A stretch of DNA of 64,000 nucleotides from an uncultured cyanobacterium (GTDB lineage Bacteria > Cyanobacteriota > Cyanobacteriia > CAKZMO01): contig CAVRCJ010000011.1 in the NCBI GenBank assembly GCA_963719515.1, positions 352,001 through 416,000 of the forward strand, given 5' to 3'. A model generated the notes under the pieces. That model worked only from the letters and a program-made list of their open reading frames with translations. It was not told where the DNA came from and searched no databases. Made by a program: the position numbers and the translations under genes. How positions within the stretch are numbered: the first letter of the stretch is position 1; each line of letters opens with the position of its first letter. Of this stretch, positions 1 to 10,912 are shown piece by piece.

Positions 1-201
1 CCGAGTGAGGATATGTCAGAGGGGTCACACAGCGATTTCTCTTCCCCTCTTGATTCGGCTAAGAAACAGAGGCTTAGGGTGCAAAAGCTATTCGTTAGGA
101 AAACGACTTGAACCTTACGCGACCCTCAGCAGCAGGTCATTTAGCCCACCGTATCTTATCGGGACATCAAAATCAGATTTGAGTACAAGGATGATAACTG
201 T

Positions 202-1869
202 ATGAAAGCTCCTGTTATTGCAATTGGATTGGACGCCGCACAACCGGATGTTCTTGATAAATGGATGTCGCAAGGCTACCTCAAGAACATGAATCGGCTA
301 CGTCAGCAAGGCACCTACGGGCTACTCGAGAATTTCTCTGCTTTTAGCGCTGAGACGCCTTGGACTACGTTTGCGACCGGCTGTCGCCCTCACAAGACCG
401 GGTACTGGTCTCCGCTGAAGCTCAAGAACGGCTCGTACAGCGTCGAGACCCGTGCCGCTTACGAGTACGAAGAATTTCCCCCTTTCTATGCCCTGGGAGA
501 TGACTATCGAGTTGCCGTATTCGACGTGCCTCAAGTCCGCCTCAACGAGAAGATCAACGGGGTACAGGTTACCGCCTGGGGGGCCCACTCGCCGCAGGTT
601 CCCAGCAGCTCTTCTCCGCCCGAGCTGTTTCAGGAAGTCGTCCAAAAGCACGGCGCCCATCCCGGACTCCACAAAGATTATTCCGTGTGCCTTGATCTGA
701 AGGCAACCAACCGTCTGAGAGACGTGCTCAAAACAGGGATTGCCCGTCGCTCCGCAATCTGTCAAGACATCTTGCAGCGGGAAGATTGGGATCTGTTCGT
801 TACCGTTTTTGGTGAAGCGCATTCAGCGGGACACAACTTTTGGCAGCTCAGCCAGCCAGACCACCCCCTTTACGAGACGTTCAAGTCTAGCGTTTCGGTC
901 GACCCTATGCTGGAATGCTTTGAGGCAATAGATCAGGCCATTGGAGAAATGCTTAGCAAAGCCCCCGACAACGCTCGGGTGATCATTTTCTCCGCTCATG
1001 GAATGGGTCCCAACACAATGGACCTTCCCAGCACTACAATACTGCCAGAGTTTTTGTACCGGCTGAACTTTCCGGGCAAGGCCCAGCTCTTTAGCCGAGA
1101 TTCTGCGGATACTGAACTTCCGCCGCCGCTCCCCAAAATGGAAAACAACTACTGGGAGCGCCATATCTGGGGAACGAAGGAAGACTCCGACAAAGTGCGG
1201 ACATTCCTGCGTCGAAGAACCCCCAACAAGCTCTATCACTTCGTTGAGGGCTTTATCGATCCCGACCGTGAGGGTGAGATCATCTCCCCCTTCCGACTGT
1301 GGAAGAAGACCAGAGTTGTTCCTTTCCAGCCTGCGGCCTGGTACGCACCGCTTTGGCCAACCATGAAGGCGTTTGCCCTGCCTAGCTTTGCTGAGGGCTA
1401 CATTCGCATCAATGTGGAAGGCCGCGAACCCAACGGTATTGTGGCCCAGGAGGATTACGACGCCTACTGCAATGAGCTTGTCGAAAAGATTCGCCAGATG
1501 AAAGACGCGAGAACGGGTATCCCGATGGCGCAGGAGATTATCCGCATGCGTGAGTCTGCCATAGACGACGATCCGAAGCTGCCGGATGCAGACATCGTCA
1601 TTGTTTGGCAAGAAGAGTACGCTAGCGATTCAATCGAAAGCCCCGATGTAGGCCGCATCGGTCCGGTGCCGCACTATCGATCGGGAAGCCATCGTCCGGA
1701 GGGCTTCTTTATCGCTAGCGGTCCCGGCATCGAGCCTGCTTCCACCCTAGACGGCGGCCATGCCCTAGACATCTCACCGACAATCTTAGGACTGATGGAA
1801 GCCCCCATTCCAGATTATCTGGAAGGGAAGGCGCTCGATCTGCTCAAGGCGGAAGCGCCGGTCGGCTAA
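202..1869 (+). CDS. Alkaline phosphatase superfamily / type I phosphodiesterase-nucleotide pyrophosphatase family protein
   Basis: 555 aa; IGLDAA start motif, WTTFATG, HSAGH, FSAHG, GSHRPEGFFIASGPGI, DISPTIL. Confidence 0.8.
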   Translation: MKAPVIAIGLDAAQPDVLDKWMSQGYLKNMNRLRQQGTYGLLENFSAFSAETPWTTFATGCRPHKTGYWSPLKLKNGSYSVETRAAYEYEEFPPFYALGDDYRVAVFDVPQVRLNEKINGVQVTAWGAHSPQVPSSSSPPELFQEVVQKHGAHPGLHKDYSVCLDLKATNRLRDVLKTGIARRSAICQDILQREDWDLFVTVFGEAHSAGHNFWQLSQPDHPLYETFKSSVSVDPMLECFEAIDQAIGEMLSKAPDNARVIIFSAHGMGPNTMDLPSTTILPEFLYRLNFPGKAQLFSRDSADTELPPPLPKMENNYWERHIWGTKEDSDKVRTFLRRRTPNKLYHFVEGFIDPDREGEIISPFRLWKKTRVVPFQPAAWYAPLWPTMKAFALPSFAEGYIRINVEGREPNGIVAQEDYDAYCNELVEKIRQMKDARTGIPMAQEIIRMRESAIDDDPKLPDADIVIVWQEEYASDSIESPDVGRIGPVPHYRSGSHRPEGFFIASGPGIEPASTLDGGHALDISPTILGLMEAPIPDYLEGKALDLLKAEAPVG

Positions 1870-1908
1870 GGGCTAACCAGCGGGTAGGGCAGCATCCTAC
1901 AAATTGCG

Positions 1909-1957
1909 CGCGATCGCCGCGAGATTGACATCCTCGATCTCGCGGCGATCGCGTTTT
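1909..1957 (+). terminator. 17-bp perfect inverted repeat plus T-run; probable terminator
   Basis: CGCGATCGCCGCGAGAT (1909-1925) pairs with ATCTCGCGGCGATCGCG (1937-1953), followed by TTTT. Confidence 0.65.
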
Positions 1958-2017
1958 GAAGTGAAGGCGGCCTGCTACATTATGTATTGCCCATCCGCCA
2001 CCGCTGAACCGCCCTAG

Positions 2018-2950
2018 ATGACGCAATACCACGCCGCCACCGTTACCGTTCCTGCCACAACCGCCAACCTTGGCCCCGGCTTCGACTGCCTGGGGGCGGC
2101 GCTGACGATTTACAACCAGTTCACGTTTACGCGATCGCCCGGCTCGACGCTCCAGATTACGGCAGCTGGCCTGGATGCGAAGCGAGTCGCCCTGGACAGC
2201 AGCAATTTGGCCTACCGGGCCTTTCATCGGCTCTACCAAACCATTGAGCAGCCCTTACCCGCTATTCAGCTGTCTATTAAACTAAGCGTGCCGCTGGCGC
2301 GGGGGCTGGGCAGCTCTGCCACCGCGATTGTGGGCGGCCTGCTGGGGGCTAATGTCTTGGCCGGAGAGCCCCTCAGCCAAGATGAGATCATGGCGCTGGC
2401 GATCGCCCTAGAAGGGCACCCAGACAACGTCGTTCCGGCCCTACTGGGGGGATGTCAGCTGACGGTGTCAACCGCTGAGCGCCCGCTGGTCTGTCCGGTG
2501 GAGTGGCATCCGACGCTCACTCCCGTAGTAGCGATGCCCAATTTTGAGCTATCGACGGCGGTGGCGCGCAGCGTTCTTCCGGGGCAGTATAGCTTGGCTA
2601 GCGCTGTGTTTAGCGCCTCACGGGTGGGGCTTTTGGTGCGGGGGCTAGAGACGGGCACAGGGCCTTGGCTAGAGGCAGCGCTGCAAGATGAGCTTCATCA
2701 ACCCTACCGAAAACGGCTCATTACGGGCTATGACAGCGTGCGTGACGCGGCCCTTGAGGCGGGAGCCTACGGACTGGTCATCAGCGGCGCGGGGCCGACG
2801 CTGCTCGCAATTACCGCAACCGCAACTGCGAGTACCGTGGCTGAGGCGATCGCGAGCGTCTGGCGTGCCCATAACGTGAGCGCTAATGTCCTTTGTCCCC
2901 AGCTTAATTTTAGCGGAGCTCAACTTTCAGATTTGAAGCTACAGGTTTGA
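2018..2950 (+). CDS. thrB: Homoserine kinase
   Basis: PATTANLGPGFDCLG, PLARGLGSSA, EGHPDNV, ISGAGPT motifs. Confidence 0.96.
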   Translation: MTQYHAATVTVPATTANLGPGFDCLGAALTIYNQFTFTRSPGSTLQITAAGLDAKRVALDSSNLAYRAFHRLYQTIEQPLPAIQLSIKLSVPLARGLGSSATAIVGGLLGANVLAGEPLSQDEIMALAIALEGHPDNVVPALLGGCQLTVSTAERPLVCPVEWHPTLTPVVAMPNFELSTAVARSVLPGQYSLASAVFSASRVGLLVRGLETGTGPWLEAALQDELHQPYRKRLITGYDSVRDAALEAGAYGLVISGAGPTLLAITATATASTVAEAIASVWRAHNVSANVLCPQLNFSGAQLSDLKLQV

Positions 2951-3294
2951 TTCGATTTTGGTAACTTACTCAAGTTTTACCAATAATGGATAAGATTTTT
3001 GAAGTCGCCGCCGTTACAAATCGTGATGCTTGTTTTTAGATGGCACCCATAGGGTAATCGCCTGAAGCTAGGGTCGAAAGTAGCGTTTCTTTAAGATAGA
3101 CTTCATCTCTCTTGGGCGAGCCTAAGACAACTCAGGAAACGCCAAAGGAGTGCTGATTTTCTTAAGAATTTACCGTCGGTATATTAGCTTCAAGGTTTGC
3201 AATATATTCTTCTATCCTTTGTTTCAAAGGGTTTGCAGCTTGTCTCCGGGTTAATTTAGCGCGTCAGTATTAAGTCTTCTTGCGCGTAGCCTCT

Positions 3295-3417
3295 ATGACA
3301 AAAAACCTGCGCTTCAATGAATGTATGCAGTTTCTTCAGAACAGCGTTTCTCGAAACTGGCAACACAAGGAAAGAAAGGTATCGCAAGCGTTAGAAGTTA
3401 CTCCGTATCACTTCTGA
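3295..3417 (+). CDS. Candidate 40-aa small protein (MTKNLRFNECMQFLQNSVSRNWQHKERKVSQALEVTPYHF)
   Basis: Open frame ATG 3295 to TGA 3417 in the 540-bp gap; no obvious RBS; below ORF-track cutoff. Confidence 0.3.
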   Translation: MTKNLRFNECMQFLQNSVSRNWQHKERKVSQALEVTPYHF

Positions 3418-3490
3418 CCCTACCCACGGTACAAGACACACCGTACAACTGCTCCAAGTCAAACTAAGCGGCTATTCAGAACACGTACTA

Positions 3491-3805
3491 ATGATGAACT
3501 GGTACTCTCAACTCACACGACTCATCCTCGACTTCTACCGAGAAGATCCAGCCGAGCTGCGACAGCTAAAGGTGCTCCAATCTTGTCGGCTTACCCGCTG
3601 GTGGGGGACTCTGCGTATCCATTGCCCCAATAGCGACGTTGCTTACGCCATTGCCGAGCTCTCAGGTTTGTTGTGTGAGCCGATCTCACAGCTTCGGCTC
3701 GCTCAGGAGATCAAGCTAGTTGTCAACGGGAGCGTCGTAACAACGCTGTCGGTGCAAAAGCCAAGCTGGAGCCTTAGCCGTCGCAGCAGCGATCGCTTGC
3801 TGTAA
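3491..3805 (+). CDS. Hypothetical protein
   Basis: 104-aa ORF with ordinary globular composition; fills the gap before the DoxX gene. Confidence 0.7.
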   Translation: MMNWYSQLTRLILDFYREDPAELRQLKVLQSCRLTRWWGTLRIHCPNSDVAYAIAELSGLLCEPISQLRLAQEIKLVVNGSVVTTLSVQKPSWSLSRRSSDRLL

Positions 3806-3973
3806 GCATCGCTTTTAGGGTGACTCCCGCAAGACGGCAAGAAACTCATCTCGTCCTCATCTCCCCGACCGCAGCCCTACGTATCATAGGCGGTGAACCC
3901 CTTTTGGATGCAGTGACGATAGGTGAACACCTCGATCTGCGCCCAAGGCTGTGTAGATTACGAGGTACAGCAC

Positions 3974-4396
3974 ATGAAAGAATCTCCGTCTCGCCAAAGC
4001 TCTATTCAATCTCGTCTGCCGCTCGGACTCTTTCTTCTGCGTATCAGCATATTTTTGGTGCTGCTGATGTGGGCGATCGACAAGTTTGTCCGCCCTGAAC
4101 ATGCCGCCGCCGTATACGAGAACTTTTACGCCATCGGCGGCCTCAGCGGCGCTATCTTCTACATCATCGGCGCTATCCAGCTCGCCATCATAGTGCTGTT
4201 CGTCCTAGGGCTCTGGAAGCGGTGGACCTATGGCCTCGTGCTGTTTATGCATGCGGTCTCCACATTTTCAGCTTTCAGGCAGTACTTCAATCCATTTCAA
4301 GATCCAAACCTGCTGTTCTTTGCGGCCTGGCCCATGCTTGCGGCCTGTTTTGCGCTGTTTTACCTCAAAGACTGGGACACGATGTTTTCGCTATAG
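3974..4396 (+). CDS. DoxX-like membrane protein
   Basis: Four hydrophobic segments; LLRISIFLVLLMWAIDKF motif; ATG at 3974 chosen. Confidence 0.75.
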   Translation: MKESPSRQSSIQSRLPLGLFLLRISIFLVLLMWAIDKFVRPEHAAAVYENFYAIGGLSGAIFYIIGAIQLAIIVLFVLGLWKRWTYGLVLFMHAVSTFSAFRQYFNPFQDPNLLFFAAWPMLAACFALFYLKDWDTMFSL

Positions 4397-4429
4397 AGGC
4401 ATTTCTGTAGGTTTTCAGCCCTAACTTGC

Positions 4430-5797
4430 TTAACGCCCTAGCTGGTTAGGAATATCCTGACAGCCCCCCGGAACGGTTGCCCGGCTGCCAGATCCGCACC
4501 AGGCGCAAATGTAGCGGCGCTGCAGGTCCGAAAGGCGCTTTACCTCGCTGAAGTTTGCATTCTCCACTACGGCTCCGGTGCATTCTCCCGTCTCATAGTT
4601 AGGGGCCTGGGTGCGCGATCGCGGCGATGCCGTTTCGACGCTGCCGTAAAACAGCCGTGCCCCCATAAGGTCAGCTTCTTGCAGGTTGGCCTCATACAAA
4701 ATCGTCCGCGCTAGGTTAGCCTTCACCAAGTCGCAGCGGATCATGTTGGCCCGCACCAGGTTAGCGTCGCTGATGTCGGTCCAGCGCAGGTCGGTTCCCA
4801 TCAGGTTAGCCGCCGCCAGCATCACCCCCAGGTCGATCACCCGGATACCGTAGTCCCGATCTTCCTGGTAGCCCCCCATGCCATCCAGCATGGCGCGACC
4901 CAGGTGGCGATCGCGCCGTAGTGGAGTCAGCAGGCGGGAGCGGGAGAGAAACCGCACGATTTTGGCCTTTCCGGGAGCATCGACGCTGCTGAGGATGGCC
5001 GCCGTGCGGCCTTCGGCGATCGCCCGCTCTTGGGGCCAGTCTTCCAGCAGCCCTTCCGCATCTAGCACCAGCTCAGAGATGCCCTGAAAGTAGGCGTCGA
5101 TGGTCTGCTGCTGGGTGATTAGGTTTTGCTGAATGGTGAGGTCTTTAGAAATCACGTACTGCCGCCAGGCTACGTAGACGGCCAGAACCGCAATCAAGAT
5201 TTGGCCCAGTGCCCCAAAGAGGTCGCCAATGGCCCCGATGGCATCCCAGTTCAGGTCAGCGAATAAGGGCTGCAGCCACGCGCCAACCCCAACTAATCGC
5301 AGCAGCGCTATAGCCGCGACGGTAATGCCCAGAATGGCAACGGTAAGCGATCGCTGCTGGGGCGAAATCAGCTCTGACAGCATCGGCTGCAGCAGCACCC
5401 AAGAAATGCGGAGCGAGACCAGCAGCGCCACGATGGCCCCGGTAATGACGAGCCACGGGGTGTCGAAAACTGTACCCAGCAGCATAATGCCGATAGACAG
5501 CAGGACAATGAGGCTGCCTGGCGGAGCGGCAGAGGTCGTCATCCGCCCTACAGACGAGGGGGATGCGGCAACCGGCGATGCTGATGAGGCGACTGCTGGC
5601 GATGTCGATAGGGCTGTGGTGTCAGAGGCTGTGGTGGAGCTAGCCTGCGTCAGAGCGGTATCAGCACCGTTAGCCGCAGGCGCGCGGTGACCATTGACCA
5701 ACTCACCAGAGCCCTCACCCATGCCGGGGGCTGAATAGTCATCCTCTGTGAACCGTTCAGATGAAAGCGCGTCGGGGTCAGAGGGCATGGCAGGCAC
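4430..5797 (-). CDS. Membrane protein with C-terminal pentapeptide repeats
   Basis: Several TM helices, then A(N/D)Lxx repeats (ANLMG TDLRW TDISD ANLVR...). Confidence 0.88.
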   Translation of the reverse strand: MPAMPSDPDALSSERFTEDDYSAPGMGEGSGELVNGHRAPAANGADTALTQASSTTASDTTALSTSPAVASSASPVAASPSSVGRMTTSAAPPGSLIVLLSIGIMLLGTVFDTPWLVITGAIVALLVSLRISWVLLQPMLSELISPQQRSLTVAILGITVAAIALLRLVGVGAWLQPLFADLNWDAIGAIGDLFGALGQILIAVLAVYVAWRQYVISKDLTIQQNLITQQQTIDAYFQGISELVLDAEGLLEDWPQERAIAEGRTAAILSSVDAPGKAKIVRFLSRSRLLTPLRRDRHLGRAMLDGMGGYQEDRDYGIRVIDLGVMLAAANLMGTDLRWTDISDANLVRANMIRCDLVKANLARTILYEANLQEADLMGARLFYGSVETASPRSRTQAPNYETGECTGAVVENANFSEVKRLSDLQRRYICAWCGSGSRATVPGGCQDIPNQLGR

Positions 5798-5987
5798 GTA
5801 GGGGGGAAATTGGGGACGTTGATGAATTGAGTCAGGCGGTAGGGACTGGCATCACCGAGTCCGGAGAGGCAGACGTGAAGCCAGGAACGCCGAATCTAAC
5901 ATTGCAGGCATATCCTCACCTCAAGGCCGTTAAGCAAGATTGTCAAACTTGCGATAATAATTATGGCAACTTTAGCTCTACACCGCT

Positions 5988-6407
5988 ATGTACCATGTGG
6001 TCTACGACGGCAACTGCAACCTCTGCGTCAATCTCGTCCGGGCGCTAGAGACATTAGACCAGGGCCAGCGCTTCCGCTACATCCCAATGCAGGATGATGA
6101 GGGATTGGACCCGCTGGGCGTTACGCCCCAGGCCTGCCAGCTGGGCATGATCCTCATCGACGCGGACCACCCTGAGCAGCGCTGGCAGGGCAGCGACGCC
6201 GCCGAAAAGATTGGGCAGGTTCTGCCCCTTAGCCAGCCGCTAGTGGCGGCCTACCTAGCGGTTCCGGGGCTCAAGCCGATGGGCGATCGCTTTTATGAGC
6301 AAGTGCGCGACAATCGCTACCAGATTTTCGGAAAGCGATCGCAAGTTTACCAATCGGCCTATCCGGTTCAAGATGCCGGTGGCCCTAAAGGCCCCGGCGC
6401 AAGCTAA
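5988..6407 (+). CDS. DCC-family thiol-disulfide oxidoreductase (DUF393-like)
   Basis: N-terminal VVYDGNCNLC motif and C-terminal YEQVRDNRY. Confidence 0.88.
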   Translation: MYHVVYDGNCNLCVNLVRALETLDQGQRFRYIPMQDDEGLDPLGVTPQACQLGMILIDADHPEQRWQGSDAAEKIGQVLPLSQPLVAAYLAVPGLKPMGDRFYEQVRDNRYQIFGKRSQVYQSAYPVQDAGGPKGPGAS

Positions 6408-6502
6408 ACCTCATCATCTTTCCAAACCACCCTAACCCCAGCTTTGCACAGGCTTAGAGACCGTATTATGATGCAGATAGGCCATAAACTTTTGTAAAGC
6501 CA

Positions 6503-7111
6503 TTGACTTTAGCACAAGACCCCCATCCCGCCACAGGGCTTCCGGCGACTTGGCACGCCCTGCGCCCCCACTGGCAGGGAGATCAGTCCATCGTGAAGAC
6601 CGGCCTGCCCCATCAGCAGCTCGCCCCCCCTTGGCAAATCCTTCTTTTGGGCGATGGCTCCCCCACTCGGCACCTACAGCTGCTGACGGGAGAGCCTACT
6701 GAAGTCGACGTGATTGACATGTCTGCGGTCGGACATGACCTCGACGGAGCCCCCGACCTAATTCAAACCGTTCCAGGACCCCGCGTGCGCCGCCAGGTGT
6801 GGCTCAGAACGGCGTCCGGGCAAAGGCTCGCCTACGCCACGTCTTGGTGGGAAGCGAGCCACGTTGACGATTACCTGCAAAATCGCTCTCTGCCTATCTG
6901 GGCCAGCCTAGCCAAGCTGCGAACCGAGCTGTACCGGGACGTACGCGGCGTTTGCTACGGCGAGTCGGCGGTGCTAGAGGAAGCTTTGGGTGAGCCCGGC
7001 CCCTTTTGGGGCAGGCATTACCTATTTTGGCACCACGGTCAGCCGCTGACGCTGATCTATGAAGTGTTCTCGCCCTATCTAAGCCGCTATCTTGGCCCCA
7101 CGTCTTTCTAG
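6503..7111 (+). CDS. Chorismate pyruvate-lyase-like protein (DUF98/Ycf21 type)
   Basis: LLLGDGSPTRHL, RRQVWL, LAYATSWW, PLTLIYEVFSP. Confidence 0.85.
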   Translation: MTLAQDPHPATGLPATWHALRPHWQGDQSIVKTGLPHQQLAPPWQILLLGDGSPTRHLQLLTGEPTEVDVIDMSAVGHDLDGAPDLIQTVPGPRVRRQVWLRTASGQRLAYATSWWEASHVDDYLQNRSLPIWASLAKLRTELYRDVRGVCYGESAVLEEALGEPGPFWGRHYLFWHHGQPLTLIYEVFSPYLSRYLGPTSF

Positions 7112-7129
7112 AGCAGGGCAAAGCTTTCT

Positions 7130-7702
7130 CTAGAAGCTGTTTTCGCCCCGGCGCGCCCCAGACTTAAGGAACAGGTTACGAGCACCGTCGTTTTCATAGA
7201 CGCATTCAACTACGGGCGCGCCATTGGTCTTGTCTAAGTCTCCAATAAAGCCAAAGGTGTTCATGCGCTGCTTGCACTGACGCACGTCCTGGCTAGTGAC
7301 CAAATCTCGCTGCTCCAAAATAGACCAGTTGTTGCTGCGCAGGACGCATCCCGGCTGCATCAGCGGCTGCGAGATAAACACCTTAAACGGGTTGAGGGTC
7401 ACAAACGCCCGCAGGTCTACGGCGATCGCCCCTGCCCCGTACTGGGCGCAGATCTCGGGGTTGGCGACGCTCTCGTCAATGGCGACTCGGGTGGCGACCG
7501 TCTCGTCTGAGAAGTTGACCGACGAGCCAAACAGCGCCCCGAGACCAATGCCAATGACCAGCGCCGCCCCCAGAATCGCTAGGGTCGTTGAACTCAGAAG
7601 ACCGCCCACTGACTTTTTCCCCGGCAGCGCGCGCTCTTCTGGCTCGTCGTAGCGATCGCTGTAGCGGGAGGGACGGAGGGGAGGTTTGGGTTTACGGGCC
7701 AT
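7130..7702 (-). CDS. DUF3172-type conserved cyanobacterial membrane protein
   Basis: One TM; NPEICAQYGA, TLNPF, QPGCVLR..NW, CKQRMNTFGF. Confidence 0.8.
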   Translation of the reverse strand: MARKPKPPLRPSRYSDRYDEPEERALPGKKSVGGLLSSTTLAILGAALVIGIGLGALFGSSVNFSDETVATRVAIDESVANPEICAQYGAGAIAVDLRAFVTLNPFKVFISQPLMQPGCVLRSNNWSILEQRDLVTSQDVRQCKQRMNTFGFIGDLDKTNGAPVVECVYENDGARNLFLKSGARRGENSF

Positions 7703-7811
7703 AGCTATCTCGCTGGAGACGTCAAAAAGTGACAGAATAAAGAGTATCGTAACGTATGTTTACATCACAGTGATTTCGCAATCTTCCCGGACGCAGCGCC
7801 AAGGGGCTCAA

Positions 7812-8612
7812 ATGCCTCAGCGGCCTGATTCAATTTCGCTCCCCGTAATTCTGGCCGACAGCCTCACAGTCTTTTGGGGAGACTGGCTAGATCTAAAGGT
7901 CCGCATTCCGCAGATTGCCGCCTCAGGGTTGGTGTCACCGCTGATCTATATTTTAGCGTTCGGGTTTGGACTGGGAAGCGCTATCGACCAGGCGATTGAC
8001 CCGCCTGCAGGCGAAAACTACCTTCAGTTTATTCTGCCGGGAATGGTAGCGCTGTCTTCGATGACCATTAGCTTCGGTGGCACAACATTCTCCATCTGCG
8101 GCGAGCGCCTTTACAGCAAGACGTTTGAGGAAGTGCTGCTGTTTCCAGTCCATCCCCTCTCGCTGTTTTTGGGCAAGATGCTAGCTGGAGTAGTACGAGG
8201 GCTGATGACCTCAGGGTCGGTCATCGCCATTGCCCTAATCGCCACTGGCCAATGGCAGTTCGTCAGTCCGCTGTTTCTACTGATTTTGGTGCTCAACTGC
8301 GCCGTGTTTGCAGGGTTAGGGGTGATTGTTGGGCTCAACGTCAAATCTCTAGAAGGGGTGAGCCTGCTCAACAACTTTTTAATTGTGCCTATGTCGTTTT
8401 TGGGCGCAACGTTCTTTTCTCCTGAGACCCTGCCTTTGGTCCTGAAGGCAGTGGTATATTGCCTGCCGCTCACCTATACCAGCGTCGGCTTACGGGCAGC
8501 CGCCTATCTGCCGCTAGCTGAGTTTCCCTGGTACAGCATTCCCGTGCTGCTGGCGATCGCCATCCTGCTAGGGGCGCTCGGCGCGTATCAGTTTGCCCAC
8601 CAGCGGGATTGA
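7812..8612 (+). CDS. ABC-2 type transporter permease
   Basis: YLQFILPG, multiple TMs, PMSFLGATFF, PLTY; start codon uncertain. Confidence 0.88.
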   Translation: MPQRPDSISLPVILADSLTVFWGDWLDLKVRIPQIAASGLVSPLIYILAFGFGLGSAIDQAIDPPAGENYLQFILPGMVALSSMTISFGGTTFSICGERLYSKTFEEVLLFPVHPLSLFLGKMLAGVVRGLMTSGSVIAIALIATGQWQFVSPLFLLILVLNCAVFAGLGVIVGLNVKSLEGVSLLNNFLIVPMSFLGATFFSPETLPLVLKAVVYCLPLTYTSVGLRAAAYLPLAEFPWYSIPVLLAIAILLGALGAYQFAHQRD

Positions 8613-8718
8613 GCCGTAGCTCTCACTCACTCCAACCTAGCGCTACATCTCGGCTATTTTTGATAGTCTAGATAAGCTCATTCGTACATCACTGCCACAT
8701 ACCTGTCAGCATCCGCCC

Positions 8719-10284
8719 ATGGCCTCCGACGACATCCGCGCTACGCGACTTAAAAAAGCCCAGCAGCTTCAGGAAAAGGGGCTCAATCCCTATGCCTATC
8801 GCTGGGAATCAACCCACGGCGCGGCGGAGCTTCAGGGCAAATACGCCCACCTAGAGCCTGGAGAAGAAGTCGAGGATGGAGTGGCGATCGCCGGGCGGAT
8901 CATGCTGCGGCGAGTGTTTGGCAAGCTGGCCTTTTTCACGCTGCAGGACGAGACGGGCACGATTCAGCTTTACCTGGATAAAAAGACCATCCAGGCCGGG
9001 ATGGCGGAAGTGGACGAAGCGGCCTTCAGCACCCTGAAGCAGCTCACCGACGCGGGGGATATTTTAGGCGTAAAAGGGACAATAAAGCGCACCGACAAGG
9101 GGGAACTGTCGGTGAAGGTGAGCCACTACCAAGTGCTCACCAAAGCGCTGCTGCCCCTGCCCGATAAGTGGCACGGGCTGACGGACGTGGAAAAGCGCTA
9201 CCGCCAGCGCTACGTCGACTTGATCGTCAACCCTGACGCCCGCCAGACTTTTCGCCGCCGCGCGCTCATCACGGCCGCTATTCGCCGCTTTCTAGACCAG
9301 CGGGGCTTTATTGAAATCGAAACGCCCGTGCTCCAGACAGAAGCCGGGGGAGCCGAGGCCCGCCCCTTCATTACCTATCACAACACCCTGGATATGGCGC
9401 TGTACCTGCGGATCGCCACGGAGCTGCACCTGAAGCGGCTGGTGGTAGGGGGCTTTGAAAAGGTGTTTGAGCTGGGGCGCGTGTTTCGCAACGAGGGCAT
9501 CTCGACGCGCCACAACCCCGAATTCACCACCCTGGAGCTCTACCAGGCCTACGCCGACTACCACGACATGATGGCTCTCACCGAGACGCTGATTGCCCAA
9601 GCGGCTCAAGACGTCTTGGAAACCACAGAGATCACCTACCAGGGAGAAGCCATCGATCTGACGACCCCCTGGCGGCGAGTGACCATGCACGAGGCGGTGC
9701 AGGAAAAAACGGGCGTTGATTTTGGCCAGTTTGACTCTCTTGAGGAGGCTAAATCCGCCGCCGAGGCCGCAGGCATCCACGCCAACGACTGCCCCAGCGT
9801 TGGCCATGTCCTCAATGAGGCCTTTGAGCAGGCGGTGGAAGAGACCCTCATTCAGCCCACCTTCATCACCGACTACCCAGTGGAGATTTCACCCTTGGCC
9901 AAGCCCCACCGCAGTAAGCCGGGTCTGGTAGAGCGCTTTGAGCTTTTCATCGTCGGTCGGGAAACCGCCAACAGCTTCTCCGAGCTAACAGACCCCGTCG
10001 ACCAGCGGCAGCGGCTAGAAACCCAAGCCGCCCGCAAAGCCGCCGGAGACTTAGAGGCCCAGGGGGTGGACGAAGACTTTTTGACGGCGTTGGAGTACGG
10101 CATGCCCCCCACGGGCGGTCTGGGCATTGGCATCGATCGCCTGATGATGCTCCTGTGCGACAGCGCTAGCATCCGGGATGCGATCGCCTTTCCGCTGCTG
10201 CGCGCTGAGACGACGGCAGAGCCTAAGCCCGATGACTCTAGGCCTGATGGAGAGACTGGCCCTAGCACCCCCGAGGCCAACTAG
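8719..10284 (+). CDS. lysS: Lysine--tRNA ligase (class II)
   Basis: [46 protein letters not shown]. Confidence 0.98.
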   Translation: MASDDIRATRLKKAQQLQEKGLNPYAYRWESTHGAAELQGKYAHLEPGEEVEDGVAIAGRIMLRRVFGKLAFFTLQDETGTIQLYLDKKTIQAGMAEVDEAAFSTLKQLTDAGDILGVKGTIKRTDKGELSVKVSHYQVLTKALLPLPDKWHGLTDVEKRYRQRYVDLIVNPDARQTFRRRALITAAIRRFLDQRGFIEIETPVLQTEAGGAEARPFITYHNTLDMALYLRIATELHLKRLVVGGFEKVFELGRVFRNEGISTRHNPEFTTLELYQAYADYHDMMALTETLIAQAAQDVLETTEITYQGEAIDLTTPWRRVTMHEAVQEKTGVDFGQFDSLEEAKSAAEAAGIHANDCPSVGHVLNEAFEQAVEETLIQPTFITDYPVEISPLAKPHRSKPGLVERFELFIVGRETANSFSELTDPVDQRQRLETQAARKAAGDLEAQGVDEDFLTALEYGMPPTGGLGIGIDRLMMLLCDSASIRDAIAFPLLRAETTAEPKPDDSRPDGETGPSTPEAN

Positions 10285-10286
10285 GA

Positions 10287-10912
10287 TGCGGTATCGTCTC
10301 TGCCCCTGGCTGCTGCCGCTGCTGCTGGCCTCAGCCTGCGGCTCTAAAACCTCCATCGTCTCCCTCAATCCCCCTCGAGCGGTCCCCGCCCCCAAGGTAG
10401 AAAAATTTCCTGACCCTCCGCCTCAAGAGACCGCCCAACTTCCCGAGGATGTGCAAATCTATCGGGATGAAGACGGCATGTTTGCCCTGGCGCTGCCTAA
10501 AGACTACAAGGCGGAGAGCGGAGAGCAGGGGATGACCTTCACGTCAGCCGACAGCGGTTTTAAGGGGGAAATTGGCTATGCCTCTATCGACTCAGACAAG
10601 CCCCTCACCTCAGCCCAGCTTGAGGAGCGCCTGAAGCGATCGCTGCAGGAAAGCTTTGTGGACGTCTCCTGGGAGCAGGGCAGCGCCGAGAAGCAGTCAG
10701 ACGGCAGCTTGCGGCTGAGCTGGAAGGGACTTAATAGCGAGGGACAGCAGCTCGACGCCCTCAGCTTTATTGAGCAGCACAGTGGCGTAGTCTATACCCT
10801 GACGGCCTACGGCATTGAAAAGCCCTACAAAGACTACAACAAGGACGCCCGCGTAATTGCCGGAAGCTACGTCGTTCGTGAAAGTAAGCCTGCTTCAGCG
10901 AGCAAGCCCTAA
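10287..10912 (+). CDS. Putative lipoprotein (possibly PsbP/DcrB-like fold)
   Basis: ATG 2 nt after lysS stop; signal peptide with lipobox LASAC; fold is inference. Confidence 0.7.

Noticed and set aside
322..1611. Long antisense ORFs here and opposite lysS, clpB, gatA and tnpB
   Set aside because: Shadow frames of GC-rich coding sequence with no motifs
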